From positions 96,001-160,000 of the forward strand of contig JBBDJA010000001.1 in assembly GCA_040880105.1 (NCBI GenBank): 64,000 nucleotides of DNA, given 5' to 3'. Shown here piece after piece: positions 47,085 through 56,792 of the stretch. The position numbers were made by a program, and so were the translations under genes. Under the pieces are notes generated by a model. The model was not told where the DNA came from and searched no databases. It worked only from the letters and a program-made list of their open reading frames with translations. Positions within the stretch are counted from its first letter, which is position 1. Each line of letters starts with the position of its first letter. This stretch comes from Waddliaceae bacterium. Its GTDB lineage: Bacteria > Chlamydiota > Chlamydiia > Chlamydiales > SLOH01.

Positions 47085-48648
47085 AGAGTATCGTCTTAAG
47101 CAGCAGCCGGAACTGCCCGAAAGTCTACAAAATTTAAAACAGTTGTCTTGGAGTCCATGCGGCACATCCAAATTATCACCTGACTGTGTAGATATTTTTA
47201 CCCACCTTAGCGAGCAACACTTTTTAATTCCTACTTTGCGTGATAGCAACAACACCACTCCTTTAAGGATCGGAGCTGTCTTTTCAGGTGGGCAGGCGGC
47301 AGGGGGACATAATGTACTTTCGGGTTTATATGACGCGATAAAGCAGATACACAAAGAGAGTGTTCTCTTTGGCTTTTTAAATGGACCAAGCGGCATTGTA
47401 AATGGAGAATACGAAGAGATTACAGATGAGCAGATTAATCGCTTTCGTAATCTTGGTGGTTTTGACATGATAGGCTCGGGGCGAACAAAAATTGAAACGC
47501 TAGATCAATTTGAAAAAGCGGCAAAAGTTATTCGCTATGCAGACTTAGATGGGCTTGTGATTATTGGCGGGGATGACTCAAATACAAATGCGGCGCTACT
47601 TGCAGAGTATTTTCTTGATCAGGGAATTAAAACCCGTGTGATTGGTGTCCCGAAAACGATAGATGGGGATCTTAAAAACGCGCATATTCCCACTTCATTT
47701 GGATTCGATACTGCGACAAAGACCTATTCAGCAACGATCGGAAGCATTCTAAGAGATAGTCTATCAGCAAAAAAATATTGGTTTTTCATTAAATTAATGG
47801 GGCGGTCCGCATCGCATATTGCATGTGAGTGCGCGTTGCAAACGCATCCGAATTTAACATTGATCGGAGAAGAGGTCGATAAAGAGGGCAGGAGCTTCCA
47901 AGATCTAGTTCTGGAAATTGCCGATCTTATTGAACTGCGCGCAAACAAAGGGAAAAACTACGGGGCGATTTTAATACCTGAGGGAATTATTGAATTTATC
48001 CCTGAATTCAAGAACCTGATTCAAGAGCTTAACCGCAAAGTTGAGCCGCTCTCTTCGAAATCAGATCAATGCTTAACTCATTTGCCGAAGTTTATTCAAG
48101 ACCAGTTGTTATTAGATCGCGATCCTCACGGAAATGTAAAGGTGTCACAAATTGAAACAGAACGTCTCTTTATAGAAGCGGTTAAAGAGGAGCTTGTGAG
48201 GCGAGGAAGCGGACATAAGTTTAGTGCCCAGCCTATTTTTTGCGGATATGAGGGCCGCTCTTGTCTTCCATCAATTTTTGATTCCAATTATTGCTACGCC
48301 TTAGGTCACGTGGCAGCGTCTTTAATTCAAGCCAAACAGACCGGATATATGGCAGCTATTCAAAACGTGCAGGCGCGTGTTAAGGATTGGGAGATTGCGG
48401 GCATCCCTTTAACAAGTATGATTCATATGGAAGAACGTAAAGGGAAAATGAAGCCTGTCATCGAAAAGGCGCTAGTAGAACTGGACGGGCCGATCTTTGC
48501 TCGCCTAGCCTCTCAAAGAGAAAATTGGAAAAGTGACGATGATTACAGGTATCCGGGTCCAATTCAATTTTTTGGTCCTGAGGAACTGACACATCAAACC
48601 ACAATTTCACTGCAATTAACGCCTGCAAAGGTGCTGGAGAAGACATGA
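47065..48648 (+). CDS. pfp: Pyrophosphate-dependent phosphofructokinase (long clade)
   Basis: SGGQAAGG, GGDDSNTNA, PKTIDGDL, KLMGRSASH, RDPHGNV, GYEGR, YPGPIQF. Confidence 0.95.
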   Translation: MQMKSIEEYRLKQQPELPESLQNLKQLSWSPCGTSKLSPDCVDIFTHLSEQHFLIPTLRDSNNTTPLRIGAVFSGGQAAGGHNVLSGLYDAIKQIHKESVLFGFLNGPSGIVNGEYEEITDEQINRFRNLGGFDMIGSGRTKIETLDQFEKAAKVIRYADLDGLVIIGGDDSNTNAALLAEYFLDQGIKTRVIGVPKTIDGDLKNAHIPTSFGFDTATKTYSATIGSILRDSLSAKKYWFFIKLMGRSASHIACECALQTHPNLTLIGEEVDKEGRSFQDLVLEIADLIELRANKGKNYGAILIPEGIIEFIPEFKNLIQELNRKVEPLSSKSDQCLTHLPKFIQDQLLLDRDPHGNVKVSQIETERLFIEAVKEELVRRGSGHKFSAQPIFCGYEGRSCLPSIFDSNYCYALGHVAASLIQAKQTGYMAAIQNVQARVKDWEIAGIPLTSMIHMEERKGKMKPVIEKALVELDGPIFARLASQRENWKSDDDYRYPGPIQFFGPEELTHQTTISLQLTPAKVLEKT

Positions 48649-49214
48649 CTCGTATCGGAATATTTATTACCGCAACCCTTGCACTTGTTAGCGGACTTGC
48701 GCTTTGGAATTGGACATCAAACTTATATGAACAGGATACTAAATCTTTGATACACGAAGAGATGAGCCCCTATGTATTTGAAAATGAAGGGTTCAAGATC
48801 ATGTTTCCGATGCCTCCTCAAAATGTGAAGGATACGATTGTGGAGCCAGAAACAGAAGAGGTAAAGCACTACAGCACCTATCTCTCTCAAAACGCAAAAG
48901 GAACATTTTTTGTTGTCAATGTCATCAGTTATCCGAACTATGAAGGGGACTTAAAAGATAAGATGAATCAATTACTTGAATTGATGGTAAAGATGGATCC
49001 GCAAAATAGTATCGTAGAGAAAGATCAGCAAGACTTCCAAGGTTACCCCTCAATTCGATACTTGATTAAAGGACCAAATAAATCCATTACAGCGCAGGCA
49101 ATGGAGATTAATGATAAGGTCTACCTTATATCCACAATGAGTTTAAGTAACCAATACGATCCGAACGAATTTGATATTTTTCTCAACTCGTTTCAATTAA
49201 TCCCTGAGGAGTAA
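48645..49214 (+). CDS. Membrane-anchored hypothetical protein, possibly PsbP/DcrB-like fold
   Basis: N-terminal TM; FKIMFPMPP, FQGYPSI, KVYLI and FLNSFQL pattern; ATGA overlap with pfp. Confidence 0.7.
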   Translation: MTRIGIFITATLALVSGLALWNWTSNLYEQDTKSLIHEEMSPYVFENEGFKIMFPMPPQNVKDTIVEPETEEVKHYSTYLSQNAKGTFFVVNVISYPNYEGDLKDKMNQLLELMVKMDPQNSIVEKDQQDFQGYPSIRYLIKGPNKSITAQAMEINDKVYLISTMSLSNQYDPNEFDIFLNSFQLIPEE

Positions 49215-49216
49215 CA

Positions 49217-49735
49217 ATGAAACCCATACTATTTCTTTCCCTATTCTTATGCTTTGCTAAGCTTAATGCGCTTTATACAAGTCCCGGGCTTTTATTTGAA
49301 AAAAATGGAGAATGGGTCGGAACCGATCATCTCTATAGAATCCCAACTCAAATGACAGTAAACACAGAGATTATCAAATCCGCAGACCTTGAACTTCCTA
49401 TCAATGAGGAAATCATTAACAGCTGGCTCCTTGAAAGTTTAAAAGGTGCAAAGATTGAGTCACCATCAGGACAAATGCCGGATACACCTATCCTACAAGC
49501 GCTTGTGATGATTCAGATAATACCGAATGGATATGTAGCTTATATGGAACTTAGGCTCTTTGAGTTTGTAGATATTAAGCGCACAACTCTAGATCCCTCA
49601 ACTCGATATCAAGCAATCACATGGGAAAATCAAATCTTAATTCCTTTCCCTGCAAGTGAACTTGAAAACCAAATCAAACAAAATATAGAGAGTTTGGCAT
49701 CTACATTCATCACCAGATACAACTTGGTTAATTAA
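49217..49735 (+). CDS. Exported hypothetical protein
   Basis: Signal peptide MKPILFLSLFLCFAKLNA, GAGGAG SD, 2 nt after the previous gene. Confidence 0.75.
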   Translation: MKPILFLSLFLCFAKLNALYTSPGLLFEKNGEWVGTDHLYRIPTQMTVNTEIIKSADLELPINEEIINSWLLESLKGAKIESPSGQMPDTPILQALVMIQIIPNGYVAYMELRLFEFVDIKRTTLDPSTRYQAITWENQILIPFPASELENQIKQNIESLASTFITRYNLVN

Positions 49736-52148
49736 GAAGCTTATCCAGTAATGGAATAACGGTCTTTTCAATTTTCTTAAGCGTCGATTTCTTTTCCTTC
49801 TTTTCTTGAGGTATCTCTGACTGCCAAGGTAATGGAGAGGTGGTCGGGGGAGGAGGCGCCTTTTCTCCAAGAGCGCCACTTAGTACATCTAATGCCATTC
49901 CGACTGCAACTCCAACAGGACCGGTTTTTGTCGACGCAATAAGGGTGGCAATTTTTCTGGCTGCCACAGTTGTACTGACGCGTGCGCCATCCATACTCCC
50001 CGTGATTGGCACCGTGAGCATTGTATCGCCTGCGCCAAAGTCAACACCAATAATACTCTCTAATGCTGCTGCTGATATTCCCAAGGTCATTTGTACTGTA
50101 TTATTCTTTAGGTCAATTGTTCCCCAAAAAGCCATTGGATATTTATTTAGTACGAGCATATCTGTTCGTTGAATAGTAAGTTTGCTGTCTATCAGAGAAA
50201 AGTAAAGAGGAGTCATCCATATGTCGATTGTATCGGGCACATTTTTTAGTAGCAGTTTCAGTACGGCTTGAAGCTCCGTTGTGCGATTAAATACCATTTT
50301 TCCAAGCGTGATACTTCCCTTTCCAATTTGCGTGTTTTCAATAGCAAACGGGTCAATTGGGGCAAAAAAGTCTTGAGGAGATAGGGTTAACCGTATCCGC
50401 TCGCTTGAAGAGCGCAATCCTTTGAAGAGCACAAAAAAATCAGATAAAACATATTGACCTAGTTGCGGGGTTGCTGTTGTTTCAATGATAAAGGGGTCAA
50501 TAAACTTAAGGTATCCATGCTCAATTTTTCCGTTCAATCGGCAATGTCCGAGTTGCCCTTGTAAACTTCCCTTAATCTCACCTATTGCATTGAGTTGAAA
50601 GTCTCCTTGGGTTGTCTCACCAAGAGAGAAAAGAACCTTTCGGCACTCTTCTTCATTTAAAGATAGAAGAGAACATAGAATATTGACGGGGAGATTTTTC
50701 CAGCTTGCTTCGTAGCGGGATTCTTTAGCCAAAAGTGTGAAATATGGGTTACTAATCGAGGCATTTTCAAAATCAAAGGAAAACGCTCCTTGAATGTCTC
50801 TTAAAGGGGGGGTGCCTGGCTCAAAGGTGATAGAGGGGATATATAGCTCTCCTCTTTCTTCGTCCCATTGCACCTGTGGAGAATTTAAGACAATTTCCGG
50901 TGATGTGAAAGTGACTCGGCTAGAAAAAAACGTTTGGTCTTCAAGTGAGAGAGTGCCGCTGGGCATTTGAATGTTTGAGGTTTGCAGCGATAGATTATAA
51001 AGATTTCCTTTGCTAGCTGTCATAGTGAGCTCTACATTCTCTCCAAGTAAGGGGATAATCTCTTTATCGTGGGTAATTTCGACCCGATTCAGGTGAAAAT
51101 ATGGGTCGAAACTTGCATTGAGAGCCCAAGGGGAATACTCCTCTTGTAGCGAGACATCGCCGGTGAGTTGCAATATACTGTGGCCGTTGTCAAGTAGATA
51201 GTGTCCATATGTCTCTTTGCACGCCACTTTCCTGTCTCCAACTTGGAGACTTGCCGGCTGAATCGTAACATTGGCTTCAGCGAATGCTTTCTTCCAATCG
51301 ATTTCAGGCGAAAGAGGCATTGAGAAAGATTGAAGGTTGAGAGAGCCCCTCGTTTGCGATAACAGTTTTACGCGATCTTTTGCTTGGGGTTCGATCGTTA
51401 AATTGACGACTCCTTCTTTGGAAAGAGTAATCGCGTCGGGGTGAATTGCAAACTCAAGTTTAGCGTTAAGGTTCCTTGAATCAGCTGTTAAGGCGCAGAG
51501 TATCTCATCTTCATTAGACGCTTGCTGTTGAAAATCTATATTGATGGTATTGCCAATCCACTTTGTAGCATTCCCATCCAATTGAAAATAGGCATCGAAA
51601 ATCAAAACCGGAAAATGATTGGCTTTTACATTGACCGAATGAGGTTTGGAGGGGTCAATTTGCAAGTTATCATTTATAAACAAAGATAGATCGGCAAGAA
51701 AATCTCCTCTTTGTCCTTCAAATTGTGTTTGGCCTATGAAATGCGCGATAAATGGCGCGCCCTTTTGTATCTCAATTTTCCCGTTCACATTTTCTAATTG
51801 AATGGCGGGGGCTTTCAGTTGAAGGTTTAAATTTTTCACCGACAAAGAAGCCACTTCCCGAAACCCGAAAATCAGTGTATAGAGAGGCCTGTCGAGTGTG
51901 ACCTCATCCGCTGTGAGAAAATTTTTGACTTCAAGTCCTTTGATCGTTTGAGGACCAAAAAAGTGAAACTCTGCGCGCTCCCAACTGACGTCGTTTGAAA
52001 ACTCGCTTTGAAGCTGACTTTTTATGAACTGCTGACCCATGTCCGAAGAGAGAAAAGTGGTGAGGAAAGTAATCCCAAGGACTACAATCGCAAGTAGAGT
52101 AATCCCGATGATCCCAAAGAATTTTCTAATATCATTAAATAATTTCAT
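49728..52148 (-). CDS. Large membrane-anchored beta-rich protein, AsmA/TamB-like
   Basis: N-terminal TM then alternating beta pattern; C-terminal WGTIDL..VPITGSMDG resembles AsmA-like ends. Likely start ATG 52148. Confidence 0.6.
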   Translation of the reverse strand: MKLFNDIRKFFGIIGITLLAIVVLGITFLTTFLSSDMGQQFIKSQLQSEFSNDVSWERAEFHFFGPQTIKGLEVKNFLTADEVTLDRPLYTLIFGFREVASLSVKNLNLQLKAPAIQLENVNGKIEIQKGAPFIAHFIGQTQFEGQRGDFLADLSLFINDNLQIDPSKPHSVNVKANHFPVLIFDAYFQLDGNATKWIGNTINIDFQQQASNEDEILCALTADSRNLNAKLEFAIHPDAITLSKEGVVNLTIEPQAKDRVKLLSQTRGSLNLQSFSMPLSPEIDWKKAFAEANVTIQPASLQVGDRKVACKETYGHYLLDNGHSILQLTGDVSLQEEYSPWALNASFDPYFHLNRVEITHDKEIIPLLGENVELTMTASKGNLYNLSLQTSNIQMPSGTLSLEDQTFFSSRVTFTSPEIVLNSPQVQWDEERGELYIPSITFEPGTPPLRDIQGAFSFDFENASISNPYFTLLAKESRYEASWKNLPVNILCSLLSLNEEECRKVLFSLGETTQGDFQLNAIGEIKGSLQGQLGHCRLNGKIEHGYLKFIDPFIIETTATPQLGQYVLSDFFVLFKGLRSSSERIRLTLSPQDFFAPIDPFAIENTQIGKGSITLGKMVFNRTTELQAVLKLLLKNVPDTIDIWMTPLYFSLIDSKLTIQRTDMLVLNKYPMAFWGTIDLKNNTVQMTLGISAAALESIIGVDFGAGDTMLTVPITGSMDGARVSTTVAARKIATLIASTKTGPVGVAVGMALDVLSGALGEKAPPPPTTSPLPWQSEIPQEKKEKKSTLKKIEKTVIPLLDKLLN

Positions 52149-52332
52149 TCTAAAAGTATATATCAATGTGGTTTTAAATTGAATATATCTACCTGCAAAC
52201 TTTTTGTCTAAACGCATACCGCCATCGTTTACGAAAAGTCGACTTTATCTCTATCATTTGATAGTATGTCTGCTCAAATATAAACCTTAAGATTCTTGCC
52301 ATGATAGAAGAATCTGATGTATAGTTTTTTAT

Positions 52333-53319
52333 ATGAAAGCAAAAATTATCGCAACCGGCTCGTATCTTCCCGAAAAGGTCCTCAGTAATGAGGACTTGGA
52401 AAAGATCGTTGATACTAATGATGAGTGGATTGTATCACGCACGGGAATGAAAGAGCGTAGAATCGCTCGAATTGATGAGACCCCCTCAGAGATGGGAGTC
52501 ATTGCATCAGAGCGCGCGCTTGCCGAAGCGGGAATTTCTTCTGAACAAATTGAAATGATCCTCGTGGGAACCTCGACACCTGACTATATCATGCCAAGCA
52601 CTGCGTCTTTGATTCAGGCAAAACTCAAGTGTAAAAATGCAGCTGCAGTCGATTTGATGGCGGCATGTTCGGGATTTCTATATGCCCTCAGCGCTGCAAA
52701 AGCTTATGTAGAATCGGGAGCTTATACAAACGTTTTGGTTGTTGCGACAGAAAAAATGTCGGCCTTTTTAGACTATCAAGATAGATCCACATGCGTACTC
52801 TTTGGAGATGGTGCAGCAGCTTGCGTTGTCAGCAATAAAGGTGCCGGGCTCTCAATAAAGCACGTTGACCTCGGGTGTGACGGGACGCTTTATGAGCTCA
52901 TCCAAATTCCAGCAGGGGGCTCAAAGAATCCAACAAGTCATGAAACCCTAGATAATCGCCTCCAATATTTCAAAATGCAGGGAAAAGAGGTCTTTCGCCA
53001 TGCCGTTCGCCGCATGGATGCAGCGGGGAAGCGATGCCTGGAAAAGGCAAATCTTAAAGTACAAGATCTGGAATGGCTGGTGCCTCATCAAGCAAACATC
53101 AGAATCATGGATGCTCTTGCGAACGCATCAAAAATGCCCCTTGAGAAAATTTATAAAACCATTCACAAATACGGCAACACATCAGCAGCAAGCATTGCCA
53201 TTAGCCTCGATGAACTGCTGAAAGACCACAAAATTGAGGAAGGACACCACTTACTTCTCCTCACTTTTGGAGCCGGTTTGACTTGGGGCGCTGCACTCTT
53301 AACGAAGGAGGGAGAGTGA
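52333..53319 (+). CDS. fabH: 3-oxoacyl-ACP synthase III
   Basis: DLMAACSGF, LFGDGA, PHQANIRI, YGNTSAAS, FGAGLTWG. Confidence 0.97.
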   Translation: MKAKIIATGSYLPEKVLSNEDLEKIVDTNDEWIVSRTGMKERRIARIDETPSEMGVIASERALAEAGISSEQIEMILVGTSTPDYIMPSTASLIQAKLKCKNAAAVDLMAACSGFLYALSAAKAYVESGAYTNVLVVATEKMSAFLDYQDRSTCVLFGDGAAACVVSNKGAGLSIKHVDLGCDGTLYELIQIPAGGSKNPTSHETLDNRLQYFKMQGKEVFRHAVRRMDAAGKRCLEKANLKVQDLEWLVPHQANIRIMDALANASKMPLEKIYKTIHKYGNTSAASIAISLDELLKDHKIEEGHHLLLLTFGAGLTWGAALLTKEGE

Positions 53320-54215
53320 AAGCTGCATTTCTCTTTCCCGGTCAAGGGGCACAAAAAGTTGCTATGGGCAAAGATTTTTACGATCAATTTCCCATTGCAA
53401 AAGAGACTTTTGAAGAAGCAGATGATCGTCTTAAGCGTAAGTTGTCGACAACGATTTTCAAAGGGCCCGAAAAGGAACTCACTCTCACAAGTAACAGCCA
53501 ACTTGCCATTTTCGTGACAAGCATCGCCATGTATAGGGTTCTAGCAAGTCTCTACTCCATTCAGCCCGAAATGTGCGCGGGTTTAAGCTTAGGTGAATAT
53601 ACAGCCCTTTGCGCTGCCGGGTTCTTAGATTTTTCTGAATGTTTAACACTTGTTAAACATCGCGGAGAATTTATGCATCAATGCTGTGAAAGGGTGGAAG
53701 GCAGAATGGCTGTTGTCCTTGGTCTTTCCGATGAAAAGGTACAGGAGCTTTCTATTCCGGATCAACTTTGGATTGCAAACCTCAACTGCCCGGGTCAGGT
53801 TGTGATTTCCGGCACCGTGAAAGGCGTTGAAGTAGGCGGAAAAAGAGCTCTTGCGCTCGGTGCAAAACGCGTGTTGCCATTAAATGTCCATGGTGCATTC
53901 CATAGTGGGCTCATGAGCCGGGCTCAAGAAAATCTCTCTCCATATATTGACGAGGCGGCATTTAAGGAGAGCGACACTCCGGTAGTCATGAATGTAACCG
54001 GCAAACCGGTAAGAGAGATTCAGACGATAAAAGAACTCCTCAAACAGCAAGTGACACATTCCGTGCTTTGGGAAGAGGGGATTCATCAGATGAAGGTTGA
54101 GCGCTTTATAGAATTCGGGCCCGGTCGCTCCCTCTCCGGACTAAATCGCAAGATCGGAATCACAAGCCAAATGCAATCAATCGATAACATTGAAGACCTA
54201 AAGGAATTTGAATGA
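53316..54215 (+). CDS. fabD: Malonyl-CoA-ACP transacylase
   Basis: FPGQGAQ, GLSLGEY, NLNCPGQVVISG, GAFHS; GTG start at 53316. Confidence 0.96.
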   Translation: MKAAFLFPGQGAQKVAMGKDFYDQFPIAKETFEEADDRLKRKLSTTIFKGPEKELTLTSNSQLAIFVTSIAMYRVLASLYSIQPEMCAGLSLGEYTALCAAGFLDFSECLTLVKHRGEFMHQCCERVEGRMAVVLGLSDEKVQELSIPDQLWIANLNCPGQVVISGTVKGVEVGGKRALALGAKRVLPLNVHGAFHSGLMSRAQENLSPYIDEAAFKESDTPVVMNVTGKPVREIQTIKELLKQQVTHSVLWEEGIHQMKVERFIEFGPGRSLSGLNRKIGITSQMQSIDNIEDLKEFE

Positions 54216-54925
54216 GACTTGACGGGAAAACAGCAGTAGTCACAGGTGGAACAGCTGGAATCGGCAAAGCAATTGCAATCGCTTTTTCAGAAGCTGGCGC
54301 AGATGTCATTATCTTTGGAACAAATCAAGAGCGCGGAGATAAGGTTGCATCTGATATTCAGGGCCGTTTCGTTTCAGTTGACGTCTCAAACTATAATCAA
54401 GTTAAAGAAGCCATCCAGAACATCGGCACTATCGATATCCTCGTTAACAATGCGGGTATCAACCAAGATAATTTGCTCCTTCGAATGACAGAAGAGGAGT
54501 GGGACCGTGTGATTGATGTAAATCTTAAGTCCTGCTTCAATACATGTAAGGCTGCGCTCCGAAGCATGATTAAATCAAAGTATGGGAAAATTATTAATAT
54601 TTCCTCTGTTGTGGGTATTTCCGGAAATCCAGGCCAAGTCAACTACGCAGCTTCAAAGTCCGGGATGATTGGATTTTCTAAAACTCTAGCAAAAGAGGTC
54701 GCAAGCCGAAACATTTGTATCAACTGCATCGCTCCAGGTTTTATTGAGACCCCTATGACAGACCGTTTAACAGAAAATCAGACAAAAGAAATTTTAGACA
54801 CAATTCCCCTGCGCCGCTTAGGCAAACCGGATGATATCGCGCAGATGGCCTTATTTTTATCAAGCCCTCTATCTGATTACATTACCGGACAAGTATTTGT
54901 GGTCGATGGCGGAAGAACTATTTAA
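54212..54925 (+). CDS. fabG: 3-oxoacyl-ACP reductase
   Basis: [27 protein letters not shown]; in the fab operon. Confidence 0.96.
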   Translation: MRLDGKTAVVTGGTAGIGKAIAIAFSEAGADVIIFGTNQERGDKVASDIQGRFVSVDVSNYNQVKEAIQNIGTIDILVNNAGINQDNLLLRMTEEEWDRVIDVNLKSCFNTCKAALRSMIKSKYGKIINISSVVGISGNPGQVNYAASKSGMIGFSKTLAKEVASRNICINCIAPGFIETPMTDRLTENQTKEILDTIPLRRLGKPDDIAQMALFLSSPLSDYITGQVFVVDGGRTI

Positions 54926-54947
54926 ATCAATCATTGAGGAACAAAAG

Positions 54948-55184
54948 ATGACAATTCAAGATAAAGTTGTTGAAATTATTGTAGAACAACTCGGAACTGA
55001 AAGAGAACAAGTGAAGCCGGAGAAATCTTTCGTAGAAGATTTTAATGCCGACTCATTAGATATCATGGAACTGGTTATGACCTTTGAAGAAAATTTTGGA
55101 ATTGAAATTCCGGAAGGGGAAGCCGAAAAGATGAAAACTGTCGGCGATGTCATTACATATATTGAAACTCACGTAAAAGAGTAG
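54948..55184 (+). CDS. acpP: Acyl carrier protein
   Basis: ATG 54948 with [17 protein letters not shown] phosphopantetheine site. Confidence 0.96.
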   Translation: MTIQDKVVEIIVEQLGTEREQVKPEKSFVEDFNADSLDIMELVMTFEENFGIEIPEGEAEKMKTVGDVITYIETHVKE

Positions 55185-55382
55185 GTTTCAAGCGGCCTGT
55201 CCAATCTCTGGATAGGCCTTATTTGTCCTTTAAGATACAATACACATATCAAAACTTACGGAAATGAGTAGGTTTCATTCGATCTGTTAGGTCTCTGGAT
55301 AGGCCTTATTTGTCCTTTAAGATACAATACATATATCAAGTCTTACGCAAAAGAGTAGGTTTCATTCGACCTGTTAGGTCTC
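55154..55382 (+). repeat. 87-bp tandem repeat (about 2.6 copies) including the acpP 3' end
   Basis: GAGTAGGTTTCA at 55179, 55266 and 55353; TCTCTGGATAGGCCTTATTTGTCCTTTAAGATACAATAC identical at 55205 and 55292. Confidence 0.92.
55194..55226 (+). terminator. Intrinsic terminator of the fab-acpP operon
   Basis: GGCCTGTCCA-ATCTC-TGGATAGGCC stem (one G-U) followed by TTATTTGT. Confidence 0.75.
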
Positions 55383-55405
55383 AGAATATACCTCTTGTTT
55401 TTCTT

Positions 55406-56695
55406 TTATACAGGGTTGGACACGGCGGATTCGCGAGCTGTCTCCTTTTTAATCGTTGACTTTAGAGCAAGCACAACAATAAATAGCAGAATTGCAAAAA
55501 TTAAACCTAAAAATTTGCTGTTAAGATAAGGCACACTTAGAATGATTCCGCTAATCAACATTCCGATTGGCTCAAAAAATGACTCAATGAGAACTCTTAC
55601 CTGATTTTTGTAGCTTGGAGGCAACTTTTTGACTAGAAGACTAAAATTACTATCGTCAATAACATAGAGAGTCCCTTCGACGATAAACACGCCGATCAGT
55701 GGAAAAAGAAATAAGTCGTAAAGGTACCAACCGCAAAACATCACCAAAAATAGTGTTGGAGTATACAAAAGGACGTTCCAAATACCGTAACGCTCGATCG
55801 CACGACTGTAAAAAAATAGGCCAAAGATTAGATTAAAAATGCCGACGATTGAAATGCAGAGCCCCATAAATTGAGGAAGAGGCGACTGCTGTTCGTTAGT
55901 CATCCTTTGAAAATGCATTTCAAACGCTTGTAAATAGTTGTATTCCGTGATCACCCATAAAAGAAAAGTCAATAAATTGGCCACAATCACAAGTTTGGCA
56001 AATTTTGACGCTGCAATTCCATTTACAAGTTTAGATAACGAAAACGGGTAATGCACATTCTTAGTCTTAGAGGCGCATCCCATTTTCGAGGAGATAAGTG
56101 AGATCCAAAGGCCTGTAAAGAGCACAATTGTAGTCATTAAGATCGTAAAGACCGTTCGATTTAAAAGCCCGGTTCTCATGACGATTCCGGTCGTGATTGC
56201 CCCCATAAAAATCATTGAGCTAAACATACCAAAAAGACGCTTCGCTCGGTGGGTTTCGTAATAATAGTCAATGAGAGTCCAAATCGCTGTAATGCCGACA
56301 GTAAATAATTGCGTGCCGAAAACATTTAAGGCAAACCAAAGCGCGCGCGTTTGAGTCCCGATCTCTGTAATAAAGCAAAATGAGACAAAACTGTAAAATA
56401 GAAGGGCTGCAACAATCACAGCTCTAAATATATAGATCACCGGATAGCGGCTATATGAAAAAACTAAAATTGCCGAAAGAAGGATCATTCCTAAAGATTC
56501 ATATCGATACGTTGCAGGTAGATACTCAGATCCAATTTGAAGGATAAACAGGGAATCGGAATACTTCATTCCAAGTGTGATAGCAAATGACCAGACATAG
56601 CAAAGTACGCAAAAGAGTAACGTAGATTTAGCGTCTTCTCTGTCTAGATTAAATGCCCTAAGTATAAGTTCACTCAATGAAAATAACCCCCTCAT
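55406..56695 (-). CDS. MFS-fold transporter, nucleotide transporter (NTT/TLC)-like membrane domain
   Basis: About 12 TM helices; DSLFIL..G..YLP, AKRLFGMFSS and VRVLIESFFEPIG motifs typical of NTT-like proteins. Confidence 0.75.
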   Translation of the reverse strand: MRGLFSLSELILRAFNLDREDAKSTLLFCVLCYVWSFAITLGMKYSDSLFILQIGSEYLPATYRYESLGMILLSAILVFSYSRYPVIYIFRAVIVAALLFYSFVSFCFITEIGTQTRALWFALNVFGTQLFTVGITAIWTLIDYYYETHRAKRLFGMFSSMIFMGAITTGIVMRTGLLNRTVFTILMTTIVLFTGLWISLISSKMGCASKTKNVHYPFSLSKLVNGIAASKFAKLVIVANLLTFLLWVITEYNYLQAFEMHFQRMTNEQQSPLPQFMGLCISIVGIFNLIFGLFFYSRAIERYGIWNVLLYTPTLFLVMFCGWYLYDLFLFPLIGVFIVEGTLYVIDDSNFSLLVKKLPPSYKNQVRVLIESFFEPIGMLISGIILSVPYLNSKFLGLIFAILLFIVVLALKSTIKKETARESAVSNPV

Positions 56696-56792
56696 TAAAC
56701 AAAAATTATAATTGAAAATCGAATAAAAATCTACTGTAAAAAAAGAAGCGTAGTTGCTAGTATACCCTTTAATTTTGAGAAAGGGAGAAATA

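Noticed and set aside
55154..55382. CRISPR-like array (regularly spaced GAGTAGGTTTCA)
   Set aside because: The intervening sequences are near-identical rather than unique spacers, the unit derives from acpP, and no cas genes are in the window.
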